NCBI GenBank assembly: GCA_964035545.1 | Contig: OZ037765.1 | Span: 16,988,995 to 17,052,994 of the forward strand | Reading direction: 5' to 3' | Source: Bugula neritina | Taxonomy: Eukaryota > Animalia > Bryozoa | DNA: 64,000 nt | Part shown: positions 38,456 through 51,346 of the stretch, piece after piece | How positions within the stretch are numbered: position 1 is the first letter of the stretch | Layout of the letters: every line of letters starts with the position of its first letter | Notes under the pieces: model-generated | Told to the model about the DNA's origin: nothing | The model's input: only the letters and a program-made list of their open reading frames with translations | The model's database searches: none | Program-made: the position numbers and the translations under genes

Positions 38456-40286
38456 GTATTACTTGAAAGTAGCAAGTATAATGTTTTATCTAGATAAACA
38501 ACCAGCTGGTAAAATTGTCCTATGCTCACAGTATAGTTGAATGTTCTAAAAAAGTATAAAATCTGATCTTGTATTGTTGCTAATTGGCAGATAGTCTGAT
38601 TATTTGTCTTATAGTTAACCTGGGCTCATTAATATTCTGTGGTTTAATACATTTTTTAATTTCAAGAGTATTTAGCCTTTAAGAAATAATTTTTCATTGG
38701 TGATTTCTTTTTTGACATTCTTGCACCTAACAGTTTCCATTTTGTCTACAATACTTGTAGTTTAAAGATTGATCTCTTACTTTCATCATTTATTCACAAA
38801 GCTGTCACAGCTGCAAAATGCATTGGTGCTAATCAAAATGTTTTATATCTGATCAAACTTCTTTACTTCTGGCACACTTTAGCTTGTTTGAGTTCAAACA
38901 AAACTACTACCTGTGGTTTACAACTGCTTTTATCATCTGTGTACATCTTGCTATTGCTATTATAGTTAGCTCAAAATCACCAGTAAGTATGCTTTTGCTT
39001 TGAGTAGGCCTGGGAAGAGACCCACCTTAAAACTCCCACCCAGTTTGTTCAGTTCTGATACTATGATTGGTCAAATGATATGAAATACGATAGGCCTTTT
39101 GTCTCTACAATAACCTTTTATATTTCTGTGATTCACTAAAATTGTTAATAGCTAGCATCAAAGAAATGTAACGATTTATGTTTACATCTGGGGTTTAAAT
39201 TTATGCTACATGTACATGATAATTTTGTGTAGGCCTAATTTGTTAGTGTGAGTTCTGTACACTCTTATGAGTAGCAAATGACATGTAGCTTATTTGATAG
39301 GTATATATGTATAAATATACTGTAAGGTGTATATGCATTACGTTATATATTGGCATTTATTAGTAGAAAAGTATATAGTCAGGCATAAAATATATATAGT
39401 ATAGGCCTATATAATATTCTATCATGTAAGTGCTTATTGGGATTAGCATGCAGTCTATTTGACAATTAGCAAACTATGCACCATACACGCTACAGATACA
39501 TATTATGCCTTAACAAATTTAGTAGCACAATCACCCATATAAAACAGTTTTGTGAACATGGATACCTTAATAAGATAAGTTATATAAAGCTCGTTCATGT
39601 ATTATAATACATTATTTTATTTTGTTGTATAAAAAATTAAGTTTTTGTTATTCATTTAGATTCACATTTTACATAGCCTTATAATATATATATAAACTTC
39701 AAATACTTCCATATTTGATTCAGATCATGCTTCTAACTGCACTCAATGGATATTATCTAAACCTGCTTATATGAATAGATGAAGTACTATAAATGCTGCT
39801 ACTGAAGTGGACTATAGTTTCATTTAAATACTTTTGTGAAGCTTAAATTGTACTATAAACAATTTTTTAAACGTAGGAGGGAAACCATTTTTTTGGATTA
39901 TATTTTTGTTACAATGTCTAAATATGCATTGGGACTAATTAATCCCTGGTATTATATTACAGAATTAGTATGTCAAGTTTGAAATGCTACGATGGTCCCA
40001 AAGTTCAGGCCCATAACCATTCATACACTTGCCACCTGGGAGGTGAGGCTTGTTTATGTAAACCGACCTGAAATAACAAACAATAAAACCTGTGGCACAC
40101 TTCAATGCCCATCCTGAATGCTGATTGGCTGAGCTGTGATAAGTTATTAGAGATAATTTCATGATGACTGAATCTTGGCTGTCAGTTGTTACTTTGCTGG
40201 CAGAGCACCTGCTCTCACTGACACTTTGCTGCAGTGCTTTAGTTTATTTCTATTTTTAATTTAAAAGCTTTAATGTACAATCTGAA

Positions 40287-43200
40287 ATGGACTGTAAATA
40301 CAAACAAAAAAGAGGTGTCTCTGTTGTGATTCTCATGGTTCTACTTTCAGCAGGTAAGATTATAGTTTAGTTTTAGAATTATAGTTTGGAATTTACCTGC
40401 ACATTCAGTAAGAAGCATTTCATCATGTGTCTTCTAAATATGCTTGGAAATCTATAAAGAGCTTAGACAAAACATGTACTTGGCATATCTTTTTATCTAG
40501 GACAGTAAGCTTAGCTAAAGATTGTAAGTTACAAATAATATAATATGCATACAAACACATGGATGAGCACTTGGAGTTAACTTTAAATTTAAACATAAAT
40601 AAAGTCAAAATCTTGCATAAATTTCACATTGTTGATTTACTTGTTTTGTACATGTTTGAAATTGTACTTGTGCATTTGTATGCCATTAATCTGATGTATT
40701 AACATTTACACTGTTGCATATCACAATAATTGATAAGAACAGTAATTTGAGAATACAAAGAAAAAATGTATTGAAATAAAATCAAAGCAAATCTTCAATA
40801 AATTAGCATTTACCAGTGGTTAGTGCTGACCTTTATCATTGTGTGTGTTTGGTGTCATCAACATAGAGTCTTTCATTTTCTTAATAAAAATCTGTCTATA
40901 AATTATTCCCAGTTTTCTATTTATGTGTAGTTTTTACTTTATGTTTGCTACAAATTAGGTTGTACTAAAAGCTTCACTTGCAAGTTATGCATCTCCTTGT
41001 ATTTTCTTAAATAATTATATTTTGCTATAACCTAAGAGTATGTAATACTCTTAGGTTATAGCATACAAAATAGTGTGGTCGTTTTGTACACAAACTGCCG
41101 TTCATTTGGTACACAAAATTAATAATGAATTAAACCCCAAACCCCATACATCATATAATACATAAATATCAAATAATATGTATTTTAGTTAATCTATATT
41201 GATGTGTACCAAACAAACAGAAAAATTGGTACCAATCGATGGCCTCCAGTAATAAGATGTTGCATATACAAGTTACTCATTTTGTTTCATATAAATTTAT
41301 AATGCATCTGCATACATGCTAGAACTCCCTGCTTAATAAAACACTAAGAAATCTTGTTGTTAGCTTTACATCTGTCTAACCTTAATATTTTCAGTATTTC
41401 CGGTTGATGTAGCACCAGCTGACAGAACAATAAAATGACAATTGTATTAATAAAATTACCATCTCTCATGTGTAAACTATTAAACAAATTATTGCTCCTT
41501 AAGTTACATTTATGTATCTTAAGAACACTGAGCCAGATTTGGAGAGCCCTTCTTTGGCAACAAGCAATATTTGACATTGAACTTGTAGAATACACCCTTG
41601 TTAATTCTGTAGATTTGTGTTTTATTCAAATTAGACAATATGTTTCTATACCAACTCAAGCATGTCTTCACTTACGCATTTTGACTGCAACCCTAAATGT
41701 CACCAGCAAAACCTCCGCAAGTGTGCCGGTCAGTTTCTGTCTGTGTCTACTCCTTATAATTGCCAGTTGCCTTTGTAATTGCTTCATATTAGGACAAAGA
41801 ATTCATTTTGACATTTCATTGTTAGCTGAAATAATTATTGTAATTTACTTTATAGTAACTCTGTGCAGACTCTTGCTTTACTTTTAATATGGTGTATGCT
41901 AGAGTATCATCCATCAAAATTTTGTAGCAAAATCCAAAAGACCTCTTACTGCTTGTAGTCATGTTTTGACCTGAAAGAGTGTGATCCAGCAATGAAGAGC
42001 AATAAATTTATCTTGCATGTGTGTGGCTAGGTTAAATTAAATTTCCATGTTTATTAACATACTCATTCGAAAGTTTTTTTGTAATACTTGTTGAGGACTG
42101 TTTCATCAATCAATTTCAAAAAGCAAATTAAAGTGATTTAAAAGTACAAAAGTAATAAATTACTTTAATATAGCCAACGCAATAAATACCCGTATCCACA
42201 TACAATTAGTGTTCAAAAATTATCATTTAGAATTATAAGTAAAGTATTTCTTAATATATTTCGTTCAAGGAAAACTGATTGCTTTGTGTTTGAAAAAACT
42301 TAAACTCACCAAAGCTGTTTTCATTCATTTATGTTTGCATAACAATGTAAGTGTGTGTGTGTGCTGCCATTTATTTAATTAATTTTATGCATTGTTTCAG
42401 AGTTTATTGTTTGTGTAAAAGTTTTTCTAAGTTTAATATAATCGACCTGTACTCAAGAGTCAGATATAAACATTATCCGCTGACTTGCTTCTTCTCTATA
42501 TGACCGGCGACTGCACCACTGAGAGACAGCTACTGTCTATGTCCACTTTACACCCGTCTGCAGTCGGTTGTATATAGCAGCATGCTGTTGCCATAGGTTT
42601 ATAGACTTGCCCTATAACACCATCATATCGTGCTGATTGCCCTCTCACATTTACGTATTATTAGTAAGTCAGGCATTTAAACTGTGCTGACATAACAGCC
42701 TAGAAAGAGATTGGTAGTATACTGCAGCAGTCTAAAGACATCACCGCTATTATTCTGTTGGGTATATTAAATGTATCTAATTGTATGATTAGTTTTAATT
42801 ATGCTTGACATTTGCTGCTGCCAAAACTGATGTCCGAACTGCTGCTATTGAGCTCACCCACAGATAACTGCTCTAATTATATGATCTTCCTAGCAACCTC
42901 TACTTGTTTTTTAATAACTGTTAGCCTTCTACCATGTTTAAATCTGTGTTAATTTTGAACTCTAGATGCAACTAGTGTATCTCAATGATTTTCTTTATGC
43001 ATTTGTAATATCTATCTACTCACTTGTTCTAGTTGAATCCAGAGCTATGGAGTTTGTTGGCTCACCATACACAGCAGCAATAGATGAAATCTCTTTACAA
43101 ACTAAAGAAATAGTTCAACAAGTGGTGGCCATTCCCTCTGGCCCTCTTTCAGATGTGACTTACAGCATAGAGCCAAACATATATGTGGACATAAATTCCC

Positions 43201-46200
43201 TAACTGGTGAAGTCAGCTGGAAAGGACAAAAAATACTTCTCAAAGGTTTGTTATTTCAGCACTTAAAACTGATTTATTGATTATTGCTATTCCTCCCAGA
43301 TTATACCGGAATTTAACAACAATGTTGCTTTATTGTGAATGTCATTAAAAGCTCAACTTCAGGGATTAAATTTAGCAAGTATGAAATCACTTTGCTGTAT
43401 AATTAATTAAAATTTAAATTTGCATTTGCTCCATGCTAAGATTATTTACCCAACGGTTGTGGTAACACCTAAATGCATCCCTGACTAGACTATCTTACAG
43501 CTGCTCAAGCAGTTATGGTTCAATGGTCTCCACTTACTGGAGGTTCAATCTGGGAAAAGTAATGCATCCTTCTATCATCTGATAGCTACTATTAAACACT
43601 CAGTTTAAAATTCTTTGCAGTATCTAACTCAAAGGTCCTGGAACTGAAAACAATTGAGTGAATTTTGTCTCAACTCACAATTTTCAACTGACTGCTTTCA
43701 AAATTGATTACTAGCAACTCATCTTGATTTAGTTAATAAATAATCTGTATTTAGTTTTAGAATTTCTTTTTGATTTAAATCTATTCTGGTTTCACAAAGA
43801 AAAGAATTTAATAGATTAAACAGAATATTTAAAAGTAATTTTTGGAGGTAAATATTTAGACTATAATTTAAACACTATGCAACATTTCACCTGTCAGTTA
43901 TTTTGTTTCAATAGTCAGCACAATTAGAAACAGAATAATATTTTCTATTTGCAAACGGTTACTTGCCATTGGTACACTTATTCAATTGTGAGATTCCTAC
44001 ATTTGTTATAAAATATCTTTTGTTAAGTTGGGTGTGTTGTGAGCCCATAGCAACACTGGTAACTCTCCTAAGGCCAGAGTTACAACCATATTTTTCACAA
44101 CTTCTTTTCTTCCATTTTTTTTTCAAATTTCCTCCACATTGTTGCATGACAATCGGCTTGGCAGCTGAATTAATCATTATTTAGCTGTTCACACCTACAC
44201 TTTGAGCAGATTTCAAAGGATCTGCACACAGCAATATACACAAAAACGTCATGCTGGCATAATAACAATAATATGATGTTGAATGCATGACACTCAACAA
44301 CTTGAATGATTTCAGTTTCAAAGAATTTTCTCAATGCTAAACACTTGAGAGTAATTATTCTATGATGTAATAGAATATAGATGATCATCTACAAATTCTG
44401 CCCAATATTGATTATCTACTTGAAATTAAATTTAATTAAAACTGTTAGCCTCTTTACAGACTAGCCTATTATTGCTATACCAATATAATCACTAGATCCT
44501 AATCTGATATCTAAATTTAGACCATTAAGCTTGAAGATGCTGTTCTAATAGTCTTATATTATGCAAACCCAGTGTTCTAAATGAAATCAATGTTCTTTCA
44601 ACACTAGCAATTTAGTACTTGCAAGAGACCTGTTATTGTGTTCAGTGAATTCACCAGAACACTTGACTAGCACCTCATTTAGTGTTTATTGTACTAATTG
44701 TTTACCTTTTTGTTTTGGCTTCACAGCTAAGTATGTATTATTATATACCAGGAGGGGGATGTACTAGTGAATACCAAATTACTTATATTTAACATTGTAA
44801 CTGTAGCTTATATAATAACACATACTAACATGGCTGAAAGTTGGGCTAGTTCATTTGTAATATGATGAATATTTTGGCCCAGACTTACAACTTTCTTAAA
44901 GTTGGGAAACTGGTTCACTCTGAAAGTGAAACATGTCTGTATTAGTTATCAGTAATGTGAAAATACAATGTTTCAGTATAACTTTTATCCTAAAGCTACG
45001 TTCCCCAGTTTAACTGTTTATAGCTCCTGAAACAATCTAACTCAGGGTCAACATTTTATGTTATCATTAAGAGAAAGCTTTTGTCTATATGTATTTATAT
45101 TCACCTTTAAAAGAAAGTCTATGACTTTTGAATTTGTTTTCAGACATAAATCTGGTGGTAAGTGCACAAGACAGCACGACTCAATCAAAGATGGAAACTA
45201 ATCTAACAGTTACCTCCAGCAAGGAGAGCTGCTCTTGTTTTACCTCCGGCCTACAAGAGCTCTCTGCAAATATCCCGGAAAATTTTGCCCTCTCACCATT
45301 GCTATTCCTTAGTCCTAGCAGATGCTCAGAGAATGTGTATAATATTACTTTTAAAGGTAGGTGTCAACTCATAACATGAAATGCTACATATGAGTATAAT
45401 ATAAGTATAGCATGAGTAATATTGCACTGCTGAGTCATGCTCATAGTAAAAATCACTTGGCAATTTTCTAGTCCTATCACACCAATGCAATAAAAGTTTG
45501 TCTTTTATTCCACAAACGATGCTGAGCTGTGTAAAAACAATATTAAGTAGTAATTATTATCAAGCCATCAAAATAGTATGAATAACCTACATTTTAACTA
45601 GCTGGGTTAAGAAATTTACTTCATTGAAATATATCATTATATGACGCACATCACTGGAAAACAAAGGGTTAGTTCAAAACTCTGAATCCTGAAGAGAATT
45701 TGAGTGAATCAGGACTTTGCACTTAGGAGCAGCAGTGGAGAAATTGAGATAGCCTAAGTTTTTTAATTTTATTATTTTTTCTTGAGGCACAGGTTGAAAA
45801 TCTTGTGAGAACATAACTTCTATTGCTACATTTTTAATCTAGAACACAGGCTTTTTTTCCATTTCTCCATTACTGCACCTACCTCAGATTTTACTGATCA
45901 AACTCTTGCTTTGCAATTTCTGTTCATTTTTATAGTTACTTTATTCGACTGCATATTTCATGATGAGTTTATTATTGTATAATAAGATTAATTTATAGGG
46001 TGTACAGCTGGTGCAAGAATTATCATACATGCACTATAGTATTATTATTGATAGGGCTATCAAGTTTAATCAATGTATATTTATTATATAATCTAGCACT
46101 GACTAACCCTGTTACAAATTTCACACGCTGCCTTCCTCCAGATTTCGGCACCACTTCCTCCTAATAAGTTGATAGCTTTCCAGATCTCCTCAGTGAACTC

Positions 46201-49200
46201 AATCTATTTGTTGATTAAATTAATGGATATATAATTCATACGGTGAATGGAAAAGTAATAGTTGTTAGTGTATCATACTAAATAGAACAAGCAGGAAATG
46301 CTGCAGGTGTTGGACATGCCACCACTATTGAGTCTGGTAATAGTACAGATGTCTGCTTTTAGCTTACCTGCTGGTGTCATTTTGATGGGATGTTTTGTTA
46401 GATGTTACCTATTATTAGGTACAGAGGTGTAGACTTTTGCATAGCCAGGCCATTTTGTCTTAGGACTTAGAGTATAAATTATAATTACTTTATTTCATGT
46501 CAGTACTTTTTGTAGTACAGATATTTTTTCTGTTAAAGATATAAGCTTTATAAAAAAATTTCAAACCTGCACTTGTCTCCATAACTACTTCAATTCATAA
46601 AAGCAATATTATCCTGGCTTTAGCTTTTTTAGCTAAATGACACTAATTTGGAGATGCTTTGGTTTCATGCAATCTTCTACAACTTTTTAGCGTAAATAAG
46701 TCATGCAAAAATAACTGTTTTTTAATATATTCAAAATATTTTGTGAATGAAATTTATCAAGGTTTTATAAACACCTATTCAAATTTAATTTTTTTTATTT
46801 AAAAACACTAGGTTTTATTATTTTAATATCTATAAGGTTCAAGATTATTACCAGATAGTTACAAGTCACATGACTAAACATAGTTTAGTGGCAACTACCC
46901 AGTCTGGAAATACTAACAGGTCAAGTTATATTCAACAGGAATGGCACAGTCCGGCTGTGTTGTGATGATGTAGTCTTAGGCTTCATTAACTGGTGTCACA
47001 ATTTACACTTCTAGAAGCGCAGGGTTTCCTACAGATAGTGGAAGGTCGACTAATGGTACATCCTTTTGATTACGAGACAACCAAGAGTCTTCAGACAGCT
47101 GTGACTTGTCAGAATAAGACTCTTACTGTTGTCATCAATGTGGAGAATGAGGTGGACCTACCCCCATACACCAAGGACAGAAAGCTGGACATCATCACCA
47201 ACTTTATGCAGTTCAACTACACTGTTGACGAGCATCAGTTGGACTCCATGTTGGTAAAGAAACTCTTGTTCACCTTTGTACTGTTAGAGTTTATTTATGT
47301 TTGTACATCATGCCTGTATTTGTTACAGATTTTGACTTTCTAATAACTTAAGGAATAAAAGTACAAAGTTTTTTTGTATTCTTACAAAAAATAATTTTCG
47401 ACAACATTTTAGGGAGATAAAAAACAAAAGATATTGCAGCTGCACATGGATGCCAGTGGTTCTGATGACAAATTGCGGGTAATACCAGATCCCCACCAGC
47501 AATTGATGGTAATAAAGAAGAGGCCATTTAATATTGTAAAGGAGGGCTATAAGTCGGTGTGTAAGTATTATAAACAAACAACATCTACAAATTTTTGGTT
47601 AGAAGCATAAAAAGTACTAAACTGTGAATATCTCATCAAGGGTGACTTAGTTTTCAGATGACCTGGTGGGGATCCTTAGTATAAATCACTTTATGAATGA
47701 TCACCTACCTGAAGAGTATGATCATCTAATGCATGATTACCTAACATTAGATTACCTGGTTCATTTTTATTACCTGGTCTATATAATCGCCTACTGTATA
47801 ACCATTGATTACCTAGTGTTATGAATACCTAATGTATGAATGTACCAATTTATTTGTAGTTTTTTATGTTACTCATGCCGACAGTCTACAGATAGACAAG
47901 TCTACCGACATCGATATAATTATCGTAGATGATAATATCCTATCTGATAAAGGAAGAGCTATAAATAATAACGTAGGTGTATCCTAATTGTTATTGCACA
48001 TGTTTCTTGTGTATGTTACCAATTCTGCCTCAAAGCATTACCTAACAACTTGAGAACCCCACATTATTCAAGTACTCAGATATTACCCTGGCTAGGGTAT
48101 ACAACTGCATTCAGTGACAAGCTATTTTCAGCATTTTCATCCCTGGAGAATATTCTTAAAATCTTGCCTTTTCCTTACAACTTCAACCTTTACTTTACAC
48201 ACATTCAGGTGACGTTCAGATTCAGCCTTACATTAGAGGACGTGGACGAACTGAATTCTCTTGAACTTCTACCAACTTATAATGTAGAGCTCTTTGAAAA
48301 TTCCCCGGCATTTTCTCAGGTAAAATTTGTTATGAAGTTGGATTCCTCTTTTACTAAACTATTAATAACTAAAAGCTGTTAGGAATATGGTTATAGGTTG
48401 GCGTTTTTAACAATACGACACTAATAATAGCTAGGGCATCGTCTTTCACGAATATAAATAAACAGTAGAACATACAATGGTATGAGTTGCTTTTTGTCTG
48501 TTTTCTTTGTTTCTCAAGAAATAATGATTAGTATAAGTGGTTGCGTAAAGTGTGTTTTTAGAAAACGTTCGGTGCTTGTTTATTTACAATCGTGATCTAA
48601 TTTCTACCATCAAATCAACATTACAAACTTTTAGTCTGTTTAGCTTACTACAAATTTAAACTAAAAGTTATGCACAATGATATGCTATATGACATACAAA
48701 ACACTCAATATTTGTATAACACAACATATAATTTTATGTATACATATAAGAATATAATGCATTTAAGCCCACTCATTAAAATAACTTCTACGCCCCCCCA
48801 CCTGTCTTGAGGTGCCGTAATCACTCGAAGATCAGTATGTAAACTGTTATTTGCTATAAAAGCTGTAATTTGTAGGTACTGAGAGTCGCTCACGATTTTA
48901 CAAGAGCTCTACACTTTGAGTTAGTTCCTGTGTCCAGTGACTGGGCACATTGTAGAGACATTCTCGGTGTGACAACTCATCAAGGCATAGTGTATGTTAA
49001 TGAGAAAGGGAACATCTCTCAATGTCACAGTGCTGCTGTAGAGTACAAGCTAAAGGTGTCACAGAATGGTTCTAGTGCTAGTAGAGAGTCTGCACTGACC
49101 ATCACATGGGAACCTTCTCCTAATGTCACTGGGTCACCACTAGGTATACTTAATACACACCCATACATAGTCAGCTAAACAGTCGTGCTTCCATCTAACT

Positions 49201-51303
49201 ATTAGTTTGTTTACATTGAATGATGTTTAAAGACAAATAATATTACGCTTGCTGATCAACTGTTTGGATACATTTTTTCAATAAATGAGGCCTAAATATG
49301 ATTGAAGTTAAGGGTTGTTTTCTTACATGGAGGCAAGTGAGAAACTAGGTGGGAACTAGTACTTTCTTCTACTGCACAATAGTAACTTTGGCTAATTTCC
49401 TCCAGTGTGATTAAACTGCTCAAGACCCTAATCCAAAATTCTAAATTTATAATATACGTAAATGTAAATGTTATGTATAAAGTGTAATAGCTATGTTGTT
49501 TAGAACTATTTCATATGCATAGACTGTGCTATAAACCCAAGTACAGTTGTACCTAGCATCCAGACAAACAAACTACTCAATTATACACAGCTAGGCAATT
49601 ACTAGTCATGGAGAGATTTACTGCTTTAAGCAGGTTTTGATGGTAAATGAACATTTATTTATACAATAAACTCAGAGTTATTATTATTCTTTATATAACT
49701 TAACTTCAACTTTAACATTTGCGTAGATGTAGTATAGCTGTTTTTATAACTGAAAATAGTAGTAGTGGGCGTTAATGTCCTACTTCAGTACCCTCTGCAT
49801 TCATCCAAAATGTTTTTAGTCAGCTGTGCAGACTACACAAACGAAGACTCCTGTGAGAGTGGGCAAGGTCTAGGCTCCTCCAACTGCATGTGGAGACATG
49901 TGATTAACTCTAAGTCTAACTTCTCCACTTGCGCGCCAAATATTGAATGTGGAAACATGGAGTGTAGTGAATTAGAAACACTCCATGGCTCTATTTGCCC
50001 ACAGGACTGCTTGGGTATGCAACTTTATACCTACAACCTCTGCTTACCTATCTATTCATCTGGTTTACCTTATGAATAAGCTGCAACCTTATCTTCAACT
50101 GTTGGCTATTGCATAATGTGCTTACAGACAGCAATGACTGGGCTGGAGTGCAGAGTGTAGCCTGTGGTAGAACTCACCTTGGCATCTGCAGTGCGGCTGG
50201 GGTGTGCTACTGTGAGGATGATACCAAATATTGCAAATGTCTCCCTGAAGATGAAGTAGGAAAATACACTTTCAGCAATAATAGCTATGAAGGAAATGTG
50301 ACTTCTGTTATCGTCAATAACAAAGGTATTTGAATGATATGTGTTGTAGGACTCATTTCTCCAGTTTGTTTATAGTCACTATCTCCTTGAAAACTCGCTA
50401 TAATGACAGAGATTTTCAGGACTTTTGTCTCAAGTTATATTGTCTCTAACTGCTAATTCATGATTACTCCTATTTTACAGTTTGCAAGAAATGAATAACA
50501 AATAGATGCTTGCAGCTTTAAAAATTTTCTAGGGAATATATTTTAACAAAAAATCTGGTATGAGAAACTCTTGAGAAAAAAACTGATGAAGCATCAGATG
50601 AGAATTTATGTGAAATGTAGAAATTGAAAGAGCAGTAGATATGTTGAAAGATTAATTAACTGTAGCCTACATGATATAGTGATTAAACTACAGTGAATTG
50701 ATGTAAATAATGTCTAAAGGTGTCAATGCCTGAATATTAAAGTTGTAAATTTTTGACCTAGCATTGTTACCCTTTTTTCATAATTGTTAGCTTTATTTCA
50801 GGACACTATGAGGGCCCAGTGCCCGTGTACAGTGCATGTGGAATTGAATGCACCGTCAGTATATCCGTAATAGTTGCAGTGGCTATCATCATCATAGCTG
50901 TGATTTCACTCTGGTACAAGTACAAGCCTACCAAACATATACATAAAGGTATGTAATGATGTGCATCATGATTGTGTTTGGTAAAAGACATTAATTATAC
51001 TTACATATATATACACTTTTAATGACATGTTTATTGTCATATCTTATTATGTAAATATAGAACAAGTCTTTGCCAACACAACTAAAAACAAAACCGATAT
51101 AGACAACTTAATTTTGTTTATTGTATCAACTGCCTAAAGTGAGGGCGTGTAATAATATTAAATATATAATATTAGATAACATTATTTTTAAACTAGTCAG
51201 GTTTATTAATAAAATATTCTACTACTAATAGTTTGGTGTGTCAAAATGGCAAAAGATCAGATAAAAACACACTCAAATTTAATGCTTGGCAGTAAAAATT
51301 AAA

Positions 51304-51346
<43 letters not shown>

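Noticed and set aside
40161-40221. C/D box snoRNA candidate (ATGATGA...CTGA); EBP2 introns were also scanned by eye
   Set aside because: No terminal stem or recognisable rRNA guide, and it lies in the likely RET 5' UTR. No convincing box pairs were seen in EBP2 introns.
41435-41887. 150-aa hydrophobic ORF in RET intron 1
   Set aside because: Its Leu/Ile/Cys-rich composition is typical of chance ORFs in AT-rich DNA. It has no recognisable domain and is not needed for the RET frame.
43959-44388. Cys-rich minus-strand ORFs as a possible transposase remnant
   Set aside because: The resemblance is too weak, and no termini or catalytic motifs were found.
48397-48468. Extra RET exon (VGVFNNTT...)
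   Set aside because: It has an in-frame TAG before a good donor, and exon 48209-48319 splices in frame directly to 48876.
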